Assembly: GCA_943841495.1 (NCBI GenBank)
Contig: CALSYL010000003.1
Location: forward strand, 16,915 to 80,914
Direction: 5' to 3'
DNA from: an uncultured bacterium
GTDB lineage: Bacteria > Fidelibacterota > Marinisomatia > Marinisomatales > Marinisomataceae
Length of the DNA: 64,000 nucleotides
The notes under the pieces were generated by a model that ran no database searches, was not told the origin of the DNA, and worked only from the letters and a program-made list of their open reading frames with translations. Positions 29,307 to 43,130 of this stretch are shown in pieces (the stretch's first letter is position 1; the number at the start of each line of letters is the position of its first letter). The translations under genes and the position numbers were made by a program.

Positions 29307-30731
29307 ATGACAATAATTAAAGACATAATTAACCAAAATAAACGCTTAAGCAAAATTGCAGAAGTTATTGCAGAGCTGAGTCATAAAACTAAGACACCTT
29401 CTTTTTTAGTCGGTGGATGTGTTAGAGATCTCATGCTAGACCCTGAAAAAGAATCAATAGATATTGATATTATGGTTGAAGGAGATGGAATACAGTTTGC
29501 ACAACAATTAGCCAAAAAGCTTAACGTAAGAAAGGTTGTCCCGTTTCCAAAATTTGCAACTGCTAAAATTCCATATAAAGAATGTGAAATTGAAGTAGCT
29601 TCAGCGAGGCTAGAAATTTATGATAAAAGTTCAAGAAGTCCTTCATCGGTTACTTTAGCAGATATAAAAGATGATTTAATGAGGAGAGATTTTAGAGTAA
29701 ATGCGATGGCAATATCTTTAAATAAGAATAATTATGGTGAATTTATAGATCCTTTTAAGGGGTTGGATGATTTAAGAAATAAAGTTTTGAGAACCCCTCT
29801 TGATCCAGATTCTACTTTCTCCGATGATCCATTAAGAATGGTAAGAGCTGCATACTTTGCTTCAAAATTATCACTTGAAATTAATGAAGAGTGCTTATTA
29901 TCGATGCAGAGGAATTGTGAAAGAATTAAAATTGTCTCTCAAGAGAGAATTACCAATGAATTATTCAAAATTCTAGGTACAGATAAACCTTCTATTGGGT
30001 TGGATATTTTACAAAAAGTAGGACTAATGGAATTTGTATTTAATGAAATTTCAATAATGTATGGACTTGACCAGTCCAATGAATATCATCATAAAGATAT
30101 TTTTTATCACACCTTAGAGGTTGTTGATAATGCAGCAACTTTATCTTCAAAAGTAGAACTTCGACTAGCAGCTCTCGTTCATGATATTGCTAAGCCAAAA
30201 ACAAGAAGACTGAACAAGGTTAAGGGATATACATTTTATGGCCATGATGATGTGGGAGCCAGAATGTTAAAAGATATTTCCAGTAGAATGAAGTTTGCAA
30301 ATATAACAAGAGACTATATATCCAAATTAACAGCTTTGCATTTAAGACCAATTAGTCTTGCTAAAAAGGAAGTCACTGATTCTGCAATAAGAAGACTCAT
30401 AGTAGATGCAGGAGAAGAAATTGATGATTTAATGATTTTATGTAGAGCTGATATCACAACAAAGAATCCAAAAAATATTGCTAAATATTTAGGAAACTTT
30501 GATAGGGTGGAAAAAAGGATAAAAGAGGTTATCGAAATAGATCAATTGAAAGCTTTTCAGTCCCCAGTTAGAGGAGATGAAATAATGAAAATGTTTGACT
30601 TAAAACCAGGGAAAGAAGTAGGAAAAATTAAAAATATGATTGAAGAAGCAATCATTAATGGTGACATCAAAAACGATTATTCTGAAGCTTTATCTTTTTT
30701 AGAAAAAATTAAACAAGAAAAAACCAAATAA
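29307..30731 (+). CDS. cca: CCA tRNA nucleotidyltransferase with HD domain
   Basis: LVGGCVRD, DIDI, DLMRRDF, DDPLRMVRA, HHKDIFYHT, VHDIAKP. Confidence 0.92.
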   Translation: MTIIKDIINQNKRLSKIAEVIAELSHKTKTPSFLVGGCVRDLMLDPEKESIDIDIMVEGDGIQFAQQLAKKLNVRKVVPFPKFATAKIPYKECEIEVASARLEIYDKSSRSPSSVTLADIKDDLMRRDFRVNAMAISLNKNNYGEFIDPFKGLDDLRNKVLRTPLDPDSTFSDDPLRMVRAAYFASKLSLEINEECLLSMQRNCERIKIVSQERITNELFKILGTDKPSIGLDILQKVGLMEFVFNEISIMYGLDQSNEYHHKDIFYHTLEVVDNAATLSSKVELRLAALVHDIAKPKTRRLNKVKGYTFYGHDDVGARMLKDISSRMKFANITRDYISKLTALHLRPISLAKKEVTDSAIRRLIVDAGEEIDDLMILCRADITTKNPKNIAKYLGNFDRVEKRIKEVIEIDQLKAFQSPVRGDEIMKMFDLKPGKEVGKIKNMIEEAIINGDIKNDYSEALSFLEKIKQEKTK

Positions 30732-30865
30732 CTTTTTTGATAATTATGTTCGAAGATGAGTATTGTTATAGCTATTAAAATTATATAAATTGCTAGCTTG
30801 TGAATAGTAAGAAATATTGAAACTTTTAGTCATAAATTGTGTCTAAGAAATATCTAAGGATTAAA

Positions 30866-32134
30866 ATGAAGAGAAAATTTTTATTTATATTATTACTTTG
30901 TGTAGCAAATGCCCAAACATTAAGCATTGATGAGGCAGTTAGAATTGCTCTTGAAAATAAGGCAGCAATTACTAATGCTGAAAAAGATGTTACTATTGCT
31001 AGACTAAACAGAAGCTCTTCTGCAGCATTATTGCTTCCATCTATCAGTGCAAGTAATTCTTACAGAGAAACAACATATGGTAGTTCACTGATTTCAGGTG
31101 GAGAATCATATTCTGGAGGAGTTAATTTATCTCAAAGCCTTTTTAATTTTGGAAATAGAGTCAATTCGGTTCGTCAGAGCGATAATACCTACCAGATTTC
31201 TAAGATTCAAAAAAGAGAAACAACCTCTAGAATTATTTTAAATGTATACACATTTTATTATCAGTATTTAAAAAATTCAGAACTTTTCGAAATTGCAAAA
31301 GAGGACTTATTGTTATCAAAAAAACAACTAAATCTTGTAAAGCAGCAATTTGAATTAGGCGCAGTAAGCAAGACAGACTATTTAAAAGCAACCGTTAGAT
31401 ATGGGACTGCAAAATCTACTCTTCTCAATAGAGAGCTTAACTTCAATAATTCTGTAAAAAATTTAAGAAATAGTATGGGATTGATTGGTAAAGATATTTC
31501 AATTAATCTACCAAAGAAAGTAGAAATTAACCTCATCATACCTTCTTTTGAAGAGGCTTTTCAGTTAATGTCCCAAAACAGTCCAAGTTTAAATATTTTA
31601 GATAGAAGGGTAGACTCTGCAAAAATTAGTGTTAAACAATCATGGGCTTCAAGCTTGCCAAGCTTAAGCATGAATGTGGGTTATAATGCGACTTCAGGCG
31701 ATCAAATTACAAAACAATATTTTGAGGATAATTATATTAAAAGTGCTAATTTGACCTTAAGTATTCCAATATTTAATGGTTTTAGAAAAAGAAATGATGT
31801 TAAAATTTCTAAACTACAATTATCAAAACAAAAATCATCATATAGCACTGCATTAAAAGATGCTCAAGTAGAATTACATTCGACTATTAATAGGTTAAAT
31901 AATTATGAAGAGTTAATCCCTATTCAAGAAGAAGTATTGTTATCTGCGGAGGAAGATTTGAAACTAGCACAACAAAAATATGAGTTAGGTTCAGCAAATA
32001 TATTAGAATTATTAGATGCTCAATTAGCTGTTATCCAAGCTAGCTCATCATTGGTTGGTACAAAATATGATGCTGCAATTCAATTAGCTAGTTTAGATAA
32101 TTTAATTGGTACACTTGATAGAAAATATAAATAA
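30866..32134 (+). CDS. TolC family outer-membrane efflux protein
   Basis: SD AAGGA before ATG 30866, signal peptide, two TolC repeats (FELGAVSKTD, YELGSANILELLDAQ). Confidence 0.9.
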   Translation: MKRKFLFILLLCVANAQTLSIDEAVRIALENKAAITNAEKDVTIARLNRSSSAALLLPSISASNSYRETTYGSSLISGGESYSGGVNLSQSLFNFGNRVNSVRQSDNTYQISKIQKRETTSRIILNVYTFYYQYLKNSELFEIAKEDLLLSKKQLNLVKQQFELGAVSKTDYLKATVRYGTAKSTLLNRELNFNNSVKNLRNSMGLIGKDISINLPKKVEINLIIPSFEEAFQLMSQNSPSLNILDRRVDSAKISVKQSWASSLPSLSMNVGYNATSGDQITKQYFEDNYIKSANLTLSIPIFNGFRKRNDVKISKLQLSKQKSSYSTALKDAQVELHSTINRLNNYEELIPIQEEVLLSAEEDLKLAQQKYELGSANILELLDAQLAVIQASSSLVGTKYDAAIQLASLDNLIGTLDRKYK

Positions 32135-32143
32135 GGAGTTTTT

Positions 32144-33406
32144 GTGAAAAAGTTCATTGATTTAGTTATGCAAAATAAAATAAAAGCACTTGGTGCTTTA
32201 GTAGTTACAGCTTTAGGTTTCTCTTTTTTCGGTGGAAGCAATGATGAAAGTATGCTTGAAGTATCTGTGCAAGAGGTTATCACCAAAGATTTAAGCAGCA
32301 AGGTAGTAGCTGATGGAGTATTAACTCCAGAAACTGAAGTAAAGCTTAGTGCAAATAATACTACATATATCACAGCAATTGCTGTAAAAGAAGGTGATTT
32401 TGTTAAAAAAGGGGACTTTTTAATGTCATTAGATGATCGTCAACAAAAAGCAGCTACTGAAGCTTCAAGAGCAGGTTTAGAAGCAGCTAAAGTTCAGCTT
32501 GAACAAAGAAAAGCACAGCAAGAAAGACAATCAAAGCTATATAGCCAAGGATTAATTTCAGATCAGGAAATGGAGTCAACTAATTCTTCATACGCTTCAG
32601 CATTAAGTTCTTATAATGGTGCACAATCTAGATTAATACAAGATGAAGATGCATTATCTAAATTAAGATTGATTGCTCCCCAAGACGGTACAATAACTTT
32701 TATTGATGGCGAGGTTGGAGATTTAGCTCAAGGCGGTATGTTTAATCCAAGTGTACTGTTAAAGCTATCTGATTTATCAAAGATGGAAGTGTACGTTAAT
32801 GTTAATGAGAATGATATTGCAGATATTTCATTAAATGACGTTGCATTAATTCAGGTGGATGCTTATCAAAATAAAAAATTTAAAGGAGTTGTAAAAGAGG
32901 TTGCATATGCAGCAACAACTTCTAGTGGAGGCTCTTCTCAGCAAGTAACAAATTTTCAAGTAAAAGTTCAAATGTTGGAAGTGTTAGATGGTATGCGCCC
33001 AGGAATGAGTGCCACCGTTGATATTATTACAGAAGAAAGATTAGGAGTGATTGCTATACCAATTCAAGCACTAACAACTCCTAGACCTTCTAAAAAATCT
33101 GAGGGCAAAAAACCATCAATGTCTGTAGAAGTTTCATCGGGAGGAAAAGATTGGTCTCAAATGAGAGGAAATTCTGATAAAAAAGCTAAATCAACTGTTG
33201 TATTTGTATTAAAAGAAGATAATACTGTAGAAGAACGAGTTGTTGAAGCTGGTATTGTTGGCGATAGAGATTATGAAATTCTCTCAGGGCTTGAAAAAGG
33301 TGAAAAAATTGTTACCGGAAGCTTTATTGCTATAAGTAGAGAGCTATATGATGGAGCAACAGTTAAAGTAAAAGAAAATTCCAGACCTAGTCGTAAACGT
33401 GGTTAA
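32144..33406 (+). CDS. Efflux periplasmic adaptor subunit (MacA-like)
   Basis: [41 protein letters not shown]. Confidence 0.9.
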   Translation: MKKFIDLVMQNKIKALGALVVTALGFSFFGGSNDESMLEVSVQEVITKDLSSKVVADGVLTPETEVKLSANNTTYITAIAVKEGDFVKKGDFLMSLDDRQQKAATEASRAGLEAAKVQLEQRKAQQERQSKLYSQGLISDQEMESTNSSYASALSSYNGAQSRLIQDEDALSKLRLIAPQDGTITFIDGEVGDLAQGGMFNPSVLLKLSDLSKMEVYVNVNENDIADISLNDVALIQVDAYQNKKFKGVVKEVAYAATTSSGGSSQQVTNFQVKVQMLEVLDGMRPGMSATVDIITEERLGVIAIPIQALTTPRPSKKSEGKKPSMSVEVSSGGKDWSQMRGNSDKKAKSTVVFVLKEDNTVEERVVEAGIVGDRDYEILSGLEKGEKIVTGSFIAISRELYDGATVKVKENSRPSRKRG

Positions 33407-34088
33407 AAACAAAAAAGAAATTATAGAAATACAATCTGTTTCAAAAATTTATAACCTTGGACAGACTGTTGTTAAAGCCTTAGATAATATATCATTAAGT
33501 ATTTATGAAAATGATTATATATCAATTATGGGTCCATCAGGATCAGGTAAATCAACTTTAATGAATATTATTGGATGTTTGGATGTTCCAACAAAAGGTG
33601 ATTATAAATTTAATAGTGAATTGATATCAGAAATGAATGACAATCAGCTTGCGAATATTAGAAATCAAAAAATTGGCTTTGTCTTTCAGACATTTAATCT
33701 TTTGCCAAAATTAAATGCAATGCAAAATGTTGAAGTTCCTTTGATATATTCTTCTTTAGGTAAAAAAGATAGAACTGAAAGGGTTGAAGAAGCTCTGAGT
33801 ATTGTTGGTTTACAAGATAGAATGACACATAAACCTAATGAGCTTTCAGGAGGTCAAAGACAGAGGGTTGCAATTGCTAGAGCGCTTGTCAATAAACCAT
33901 CTATTATTCTAGCTGATGAGCCGACTGGTAATCTTGATTCAAAAAGTGGAAATGATATATTAAAATTCTTTTCAAAATTGCATAAAGCTGGAAATACTAT
34001 CATTATGGTTACGCATGAAGAATCTGTTGCAAAACTTTCAAAGAGAAGAATAGATATTTTTGACGGGAAAATTGCAAGAGATGAATAG
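33399..34088 (+). CDS. ABC transporter ATP-binding protein (MacB/LolD family)
   Basis: [34 protein letters not shown]. Confidence 0.95.
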   Translation: MVKNKKEIIEIQSVSKIYNLGQTVVKALDNISLSIYENDYISIMGPSGSGKSTLMNIIGCLDVPTKGDYKFNSELISEMNDNQLANIRNQKIGFVFQTFNLLPKLNAMQNVEVPLIYSSLGKKDRTERVEEALSIVGLQDRMTHKPNELSGGQRQRVAIARALVNKPSIILADEPTGNLDSKSGNDILKFFSKLHKAGNTIIMVTHEESVAKLSKRRIDIFDGKIARDE

Positions 34089-35322
34089 TTTTTTTAAAAA
34101 TATTTTAATCGGTTTATTTTCAATCAGGTCTAATATGACCAGAGTTATTTTAACCTCAACTGGCTTAACTATTGGTATTTTTACAGTTAGTTTAGTGACA
34201 GCATCAATTTCGAGTATCGACAAAGAATTTGCAAAATCCATGGAATACTATGGAAATGATAAAATATATGTAGGTACGTGGCCTTGGTCTTTTGATTTTG
34301 ATTGGTGGAAATATAGAAATCGCCCCAAAATTGATGAGTCATCTTTAGAGTATATAAATCAATACAGTGAATATATTACCGATGTAAGTATTAAAAAAAA
34401 TACTTGGACTAGAGCAAGCTATGGGAATAAAGCTTCTTGGGTTCAATTAAATGGTGTATATCCTAGTTATCAAGATATGCTTAGCGGCACAAAGATTGTT
34501 AATGGACGATTCTTTTCGCAAAATGAGTGGGACTTACAACGAAGAGTAATTATTGTAGGTGGTACAGTAAGAGATGGTTTTTTTGAAGGGGAAGATCCTA
34601 TTGGTAAAAAAATTAGACTAAATAATGTTACATTTGAAATCATTGGCGAGCTGAAAAAACAAGGGATGGGAATGGTACCAGGAGGAACTTTAGATAATTT
34701 AGTTATCATGCCTTCAACAACCTTTGAACGTATTTTGACTAGGTGGGGATTTGATGAACTAGTTCTTCAAACTAATGCTGATGAAATCCCTCAAGCAAAA
34801 GAAGAGGTAGGTATGATCATGCGTGTTGCTAGAAAAATACCCCCAGGAGATGATGATAATTTTGCTGTGAATTCTGCAGATGCTTATCAGGCTCAATTTA
34901 ATGATATGAAAAATGCTATTGCAGGGATGGGATTTTTAGTCACTGGAATTTCTTTAGTTGTATCTGCTATTGGAATTATGAATGTAATGTTTGTTTCTGT
35001 TAGAGAAAGAACTAGAGAGATTGGTTTGAGAAAAGCAATGGGCGCTACAAATTTTAATATTTTAACTCAGTTTTTAAGCGAGGCTGTCGCTATTGCAATT
35101 ATTGGTGGATCTGTTGGTATTTTACTTATACGTCTAACTGTTTTTGGTATTTCTTCTTTTCCGATTGAAAGTTTCAATGGCTCCACTCTTCCAGTAAGTT
35201 TCGATATTATTTTAGTTTTTTACACTTTTATGGTTTGTGTAGTAATTGGTGTTTTAGCTGGAATGATTCCTGCTAGAACTGCAGCAAATTTAAATCCAAT
35301 TGATGCCCTAAGAGATGAATAG
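34081..35322 (+). CDS. MacB/FtsX-like ABC permease 1
   Basis: Periplasmic core, [33 protein letters not shown]. Confidence 0.92.
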   Translation: MNSFFKNILIGLFSIRSNMTRVILTSTGLTIGIFTVSLVTASISSIDKEFAKSMEYYGNDKIYVGTWPWSFDFDWWKYRNRPKIDESSLEYINQYSEYITDVSIKKNTWTRASYGNKASWVQLNGVYPSYQDMLSGTKIVNGRFFSQNEWDLQRRVIIVGGTVRDGFFEGEDPIGKKIRLNNVTFEIIGELKKQGMGMVPGGTLDNLVIMPSTTFERILTRWGFDELVLQTNADEIPQAKEEVGMIMRVARKIPPGDDDNFAVNSADAYQAQFNDMKNAIAGMGFLVTGISLVVSAIGIMNVMFVSVRERTREIGLRKAMGATNFNILTQFLSEAVAIAIIGGSVGILLIRLTVFGISSFPIESFNGSTLPVSFDIILVFYTFMVCVVIGVLAGMIPARTAANLNPIDALRDE

Positions 35323-36583
35323 AGTATTTAGTTATCTTGTTGATGCTGTTGGAGGTGTCTTATTCTATTTTGGCCAAACAAAATTAAGAACTGCATTAAC
35401 TTTAATGGGTATCACTGTTGGTGTTTCATCAATCATTGCAATAATGACTGTTTTAGCTACTTTTGAAAAACAAACTGAGATGCTTGTCAGTGACATGAAA
35501 ACCAATATTTTTTATATCACAAAAGATAATCCTATTGATATTCAATTTGGACCCAGCACTGGTCGTAAAGGAAGAATTCCAAGAATTACATGGGATGAAT
35601 ATGAACAATTAAAACGCACTCTTACTTTAACAACAAATATGGCCGCCACTACAACTGAAGAGCCAAGCGATAGAACGATATCTGTTGGAAAAGAAGAGTT
35701 GAAAAGCAGACTTGCAAGTTTTTGGGGCTCTGATGGAGATGTATTATCTGTATCCAAATATGATATTCTTGATGGAAGAAATATTCAAGATATTGATATA
35801 GAAAATTCTCGTCGAGTTGCTATTGTAGGATATTATATTAAAGAACAACTTTTTCCGTATTCAAATCCTGTTGGTCAATCAATCGAAATTGATAATATTC
35901 CGTTTGAAATCATTGCTTTAACAGAACCAAAAGGTGAATTATTAGGACAAAATATGGATAGTATGATTGGTATCCCAATTAGCACTTTTTTGAAATATTT
36001 TGGTTCAAAAGGATGGAGAGGGAGACCCGATCTTCAACTTATTCTAGAAGCGGAATCTATGGATAGTTTGGCAGATGCTACTGATGAGGCTATCGGTGTG
36101 TTTCGAGCGATAAGAAAAATTCCTCCAGGAGATCCAAATAATTTTTATATCGCAACAAATGATCAACTAATGGATACATTTGGAGGTTTTACTTCTTCAC
36201 TAACAATTTTTGTTGGATTGATTGCAGGTATTTCATTGTTGGTTGCAGGGATTGGTATTGCCAATATTATGCTAGTATCACTCACAGAAAGAATCAAAGA
36301 GATTGGTATTAGAAAAGCACTAGGTGCGAGAAGAATAGATATTTTCTTACAGTTCTTAATAGAAGCGATTTTGATTTCTCTTCTTGGTGGAATAGTTGGA
36401 ATTATTTTAGGATTATCATTTGGAAGTGTTGTTGCAATATTTTTGGAGCAGGACCCTGTAATTCCATTTGATTGGGTGTTTTATAGTTTACAAATCTGTG
36501 CTTCTATGGGAATTATTTTTGGTTTATACCCAGCAATAAGAGCTTCAAGATTGAATCCTATAGATTCTATGAGATATGACTAG
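35315..36583 (+). CDS. MacB/FtsX-like ABC permease 2
   Basis: GIANIMLVSLTERIKEIGIRKALGA, PAIRASRLNPIDSMRYD. Confidence 0.92.
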   Translation: MNRVFSYLVDAVGGVLFYFGQTKLRTALTLMGITVGVSSIIAIMTVLATFEKQTEMLVSDMKTNIFYITKDNPIDIQFGPSTGRKGRIPRITWDEYEQLKRTLTLTTNMAATTTEEPSDRTISVGKEELKSRLASFWGSDGDVLSVSKYDILDGRNIQDIDIENSRRVAIVGYYIKEQLFPYSNPVGQSIEIDNIPFEIIALTEPKGELLGQNMDSMIGIPISTFLKYFGSKGWRGRPDLQLILEAESMDSLADATDEAIGVFRAIRKIPPGDPNNFYIATNDQLMDTFGGFTSSLTIFVGLIAGISLLVAGIGIANIMLVSLTERIKEIGIRKALGARRIDIFLQFLIEAILISLLGGIVGIILGLSFGSVVAIFLEQDPVIPFDWVFYSLQICASMGIIFGLYPAIRASRLNPIDSMRYD

Positions 36584-36642
36584 GCTTAAAGCCTTTTGCT
36601 TGCTGCAAAGTACTTAATCATCTAAATTCGTTTTAATCAATT

Positions 36643-36950
36643 ATGTCTAAAAAAAATAAAATCACAGAAGAAGAAGTAAAGAAAATTGCTAGTCTTTCAA
36701 GATTATCTTTAACTGAAGATGAACTTCAAAAGCGTACAGAGGATATGAATAATATTTTGAATTACATGGATTCATTGAATGAGATTAATACCGATAATGT
36801 AAAAGAGCTTAATAATGTTCATGATATGAATGCTTCTTTAAGATCAGATTCATCTGATGAGTCACTAAATCAACAAGATATTTTAAATAATAGTCCTAGC
36901 TCAAATGGAGATTATATTAAAGTACCTTTAACGGTTAAAAAGGAAAGCCA

Positions 36951-36954
<4 letters not shown>
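36643..36954 (+). CDS. gatC: Asp/Glu-tRNA amidotransferase subunit C
   Basis: ITEEEVKKIASLSRL, LNEINTDNV, LRSD, YIKVP. Confidence 0.9.
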
Positions 36955-39230
<2,276 letters not shown>

Positions 39231-39231
<1 letters not shown>

Positions 39232-40058
39232 TGGCAATAAATAAAGTTCAGGTAGCAAATATTATTTTTGGAGATAATTCAATTCCTTTTATTGGGGGGC
39301 CATGCGTTATCGAAAGTAGAGATCATTGCTTTGGTATGGCTGAACAAATTACTGAGGTAGTGACAAGATTGAATATACCTTTTATTTTTAAAAGCTCTTT
39401 TGATAAAGCGAATCGTACTTCAATATCTTCATTTAGAGGGAATGGCATTGAAGAAGGATTAAAAATTTTAGAAGAAATCAAAAACAATTTTAATATTCCT
39501 GTAACAACAGACATCCATCTTCCAGAACATGCTAAGGAAGTATGTGATGTGGTAGATATAATCCAGATTCCAGCATTTTTATGTCGACAGACAGACTTAT
39601 TAATCGCTGCAGCTAAAACAGGAAAGGTGATAAATATTAAAAAAGGACAATTTTTATCTCCTTATAAAGTTGGAAATATTATTAAGAAAGTGCAAGATGT
39701 TGGAAACAATAATATTTTAATTACAGAAAGAGGCAATACATTTGGTTTTGATAGTTTAGTCACTGATTTAAGGTCAATTCCAATTATGAGAAAATTTGGT
39801 TATCCGGTTATTTTTGATGCGACTCACAGTGCACAAATACCTGGAAATCATGAGAAAACAACAAGTGGAAATAGAGAATTTATTCCATCTCAAACATTCT
39901 CAGCTGTATCATCTGGTGCAGATGGTATTTTTATGGAAGTGCATGATGATATAGAAAATGCATATAGCGATGCAAGTACCCAGTGGCCAATTAGTAAACT
40001 TGAAAAAACTTTAAAATCAATATTAGCATTTAGGGAGACTTATTTAAAACATGGATAA
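39231..40058 (+). CDS. kdsA: KDO 8-phosphate synthase (metal-dependent type)
   Basis: GPCVIES, KSSFDKANRTS, IPAFLCRQTDL, NIKKGQF, FDATHS. Confidence 0.95.
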
Positions 40059-40593
40059 AAAATTAAAAGAAAAGCTTTCAAAAATTAAACTATTTATTTG
40101 TGATATCGATGGTGTCTTAACAGATGGAGCTTTTATAAAAAGCACATCAGGAGAAGAGCTTAGGTCATTCAATGCTTTAGATGGTGTTGGATTTGTGATG
40201 CTTCGTTTGTTACAGCTTGATATTAAAACTGCTTGGATTACAGGTAGAGAGTCTGCAACTACAACACTAAGAGCAGAAGAATTGCAAATTGATGACATCT
40301 ATAATGGCGTTATAAGAAAGATTGATGCATATAATGAGTTAAAAAGTAAGTATAGTGTTTCAGATGATGAAGTTTGTTTTGTAGGAGATGATATAATTGA
40401 TATCCCACTACTTGAAAAAGTTGGTTTTGCAGTTACAGTACCAAATGCTCCCAAATATATTGGTAATTATGCACACTATACTACTTCTTTGTCTGGAGGA
40501 AAAGGGGCAGTAAGAGAAGTAATCGATATGTTGATTGAATCTAGAGGGAATTATACTGCTCATCTAGATAAGCTTCTCAAAGAATTAAGATGA
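40051..40593 (+). CDS. kdsC: KDO 8-phosphate phosphatase
   Basis: DIDGVLTDG, ITGRES, GDDIID, GGKGAVRE. Confidence 0.93.
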   Translation: MDKKLKEKLSKIKLFICDIDGVLTDGAFIKSTSGEELRSFNALDGVGFVMLRLLQLDIKTAWITGRESATTTLRAEELQIDDIYNGVIRKIDAYNELKSKYSVSDDEVCFVGDDIIDIPLLEKVGFAVTVPNAPKYIGNYAHYTTSLSGGKGAVREVIDMLIESRGNYTAHLDKLLKELR

Positions 40594-41117
40594 TTAAAAG
40601 ATTTAATAGTTTTTTTATCCTTAACATGTTTTTTTTAATTGGATGTTCAAATTCTGAGACCAATAAGAATATCGTTGAAAGTCGCCATGATCAAGTATCA
40701 AGCAATGTAGTAATTACCTTAACAAAGAAAGGAAATATTACAGCAAAAATACAGTCTGATATTCTTAAAAAAAATAACGAATCATTACAGCTAGAGCTCT
40801 ACGATAATGTCAATGTAAATTTATATGACGAAAATTTTATGCATAAATCTTTAATTAAATCTCAGTCTGCAATTGTGGATGAAAAAGATAATCGAATTGA
40901 GGCTTTTGGTAGTGTAAGCGTAGAATCAAATGACGGTAAAAAATTATTGACTGATTCCTTGCTTTGGGATAATAGCTCAGACAAAATATTTACCGAAGCA
41001 ACATTGAAATTTATAACTTCAGACACAGATACATTATATGGTAAAGGATTTGAATCAAACATAGATTTAACAAATTGGAATATCCTAAATCCAAGGGGTT
41101 CAATTAGTAATGAGTAA
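40590..41117 (+). CDS. lptC: LPS export protein LptC (lipoprotein-type)
   Basis: Lipobox FLIGC, LLTDSLLWD, IFT, LYGKGFES; position before lptB. Confidence 0.75.
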   Translation: MIKRFNSFFILNMFFLIGCSNSETNKNIVESRHDQVSSNVVITLTKKGNITAKIQSDILKKNNESLQLELYDNVNVNLYDENFMHKSLIKSQSAIVDEKDNRIEAFGSVSVESNDGKKLLTDSLLWDNSSDKIFTEATLKFITSDTDTLYGKGFESNIDLTNWNILNPRGSISNE

Positions 41118-41841
41118 GATTTTAAAAGCAAAAAATTTGGTCAAAAAATATGGAGATTTTTATGCGGTCAATGATATTGATCTAAACTTACATAAAGGAG
41201 AGGTTGTGGGCTTGTTAGGCCCAAATGGTGCCGGGAAAACAACAACATTTTATATGATAACTGGAATGATTAGACCTTCTTCAGGGCAAATTACATTTGG
41301 AGAAGAAAATATTACAAAATCTCCTATGTACAAAAGAGCTAGAATGGGCATAGGATACTTAGCACAAGAACCATCAATATTTGCTAAGCTTAGTGTAGAA
41401 GATAATTTAAAAATTGTTTTAGAAACAATCATCCCTGATAAAAATGAACAAAATACATTAATTGATAAATTATTGAATGAATTCAATATTTCTCATATTA
41501 GAAATAATATAGGCGCAGGCTTATCTGGTGGCGAAAGAAGAAGAGTTGAAATTTGTAGAACTTTAGCTCTAAAACCAGATTTTGTTTTACTTGATGAGCC
41601 TTTTGCAGGCGTCGATCCAATTGCTGTTGAGGATATTCAACAGATGATAATATCATTAAAAAAACAAAATATAGGCGTATTAATTACCGATCATAACGTC
41701 AGAGAAACATTATCCATTACTGATAGATCATATTTGTTGTATGGTGGAAAGATTTTGAAATCTGGAGACGCGCAAACACTTTCAAATGACGAAGAAGTAA
41801 GAAGAATATATCTTGGAAAAAATTTCAAACTCGATCAATGA
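41110..41841 (+). CDS. lptB: LPS export ABC ATPase LptB
   Basis: GLLGPNGAGKTTTFYM, LSGGERRRVEI, LDEPFAGVDPIAV, ITDHNVRETL. Confidence 0.96.
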   Translation: MSKILKAKNLVKKYGDFYAVNDIDLNLHKGEVVGLLGPNGAGKTTTFYMITGMIRPSSGQITFGEENITKSPMYKRARMGIGYLAQEPSIFAKLSVEDNLKIVLETIIPDKNEQNTLIDKLLNEFNISHIRNNIGAGLSGGERRRVEICRTLALKPDFVLLDEPFAGVDPIAVEDIQQMIISLKKQNIGVLITDHNVRETLSITDRSYLLYGGKILKSGDAQTLSNDEEVRRIYLGKNFKLDQ

Positions 41842-43130
41842 GCAAACTTTCAACTAAGCTTAGACAAAAACAATCCATTGTTCCACAGCAAATTATAAAG
41901 TCAAGATTGCTAGAACTTTCTGTAGAGGAACTGGAAAAAGATTTAGAAAATGAAATTCAAATTAATCCGGTTTTAGAAGAAAAAAGTATTCAAGAATCAA
42001 AGGCGGTTAATGAATTTAAAGATGGTTTTGCTGATCAAGGATCATACGATTTATTTCTAGCAAATATTCCTGAGAAAAAAGATATATCTGATGACCTTAT
42101 CAACCAAATAGACACATCAGATTTAGATGAAAGTGATAAGCTTATTGCAAGAGAAATTATTTTCAATTTAGATAAGAACGGCTTCTTAGATGCTGAATTA
42201 GAATTAATTGCGGACAACAATGCAGTAGATGTGGAAAAAGTAGATAAAATTAGAAAATATGTGATGCAATTAAATCCAAATGGAATAGCATCTAGAGATT
42301 TGCAAGAATATTTAACTTTTCAATTAAATGGCATAAATAATCTTTCAACAGAAATTGTTAAAAATCATTTTAATCAATTTTTATCGCAAGATATAAAAGG
42401 AATCAAAGATACATTGGATTCTGACTCAGAAGAAATTGATCAAGCGTTGCTATTAATAGCAGAGCAAAACTTTTCACCAATATTTGATGTAGATTTAGGA
42501 GATGAAAATATTATACCAGACGCAGTTGTAAAGTTAAAAGATGATGGATGGCTCATTTTAATTAATGATAGTTTTTTAAATAAATATCAAATATCCCAAG
42601 ACTATTTAGATGCAGCAATAAATATAAAATCTTCAGAACAAGAGAAGTCTTTTTTAGAAAATCATATAAGCAGCGCTCAAAATATTCTAGATACACTCAA
42701 CTATAGATCAACAGTATTAAAAGAGGTCATAGAGCAAATACTTTTAGTGCAAGGCGATTATTTGTCAGAAAAATCAGAATTTTTGAATCCATTGAAATTA
42801 GAAGATATAGCAAAAAAAATTGAAAAAGATATTTCGAGTATCAGCAGGGTAATAAAGAATAAATATATTGATTCTCCTATTGGAATTATTAGCTTAAAAA
42901 GTTTATTTTCTAGTTCATTAATAAAAAATTCTGGAGAAGTATCATCTTCAAACGAATTAAAGTATATGATTTTAAATATTATTGAAAATGAAGATAAAAA
43001 TAAACCACTTTCTGATTCAGATATAGTAGAAAAATTAATGATAAAAGATTTTTTAGTTGCTAGAAGGACTGTTGCTAAATATCGTAAAATATTAAAAATT
43101 AAAAATGCAAACCAAAGGAAAGAGCAATGA
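41838..43130 (+). CDS. rpoN: RNA polymerase sigma-54 factor
   Basis: Region I QKQSIVPQQ..LLEL, NPVLE, ISSISRVIKNKY, RpoN box ARRTVAKYR. Confidence 0.93.
   Translation: MSKLSTKLRQKQSIVPQQIIKSRLLELSVEELEKDLENEIQINPVLEEKSIQESKAVNEFKDGFADQGSYDLFLANIPEKKDISDDLINQIDTSDLDESDKLIAREIIFNLDKNGFLDAELELIADNNAVDVEKVDKIRKYVMQLNPNGIASRDLQEYLTFQLNGINNLSTEIVKNHFNQFLSQDIKGIKDTLDSDSEEIDQALLLIAEQNFSPIFDVDLGDENIIPDAVVKLKDDGWLILINDSFLNKYQISQDYLDAAINIKSSEQEKSFLENHISSAQNILDTLNYRSTVLKEVIEQILLVQGDYLSEKSEFLNPLKLEDIAKKIEKDISSISRVIKNKYIDSPIGIISLKSLFSSSLIKNSGEVSSSNELKYMILNIIENEDKNKPLSDSDIVEKLMIKDFLVARRTVAKYRKILKIKNANQRKEQ

Noticed and set aside
36581-36610. Sigma-54 (-24/-12) promoter before gatC and in other intergenic gaps
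   Set aside because: GG-to-GC spacing is wrong here and no convincing TGGCAC-N5-TTGC was seen; the short AGGC-TTAA-AGCCT hairpin is too weak to call a terminator.
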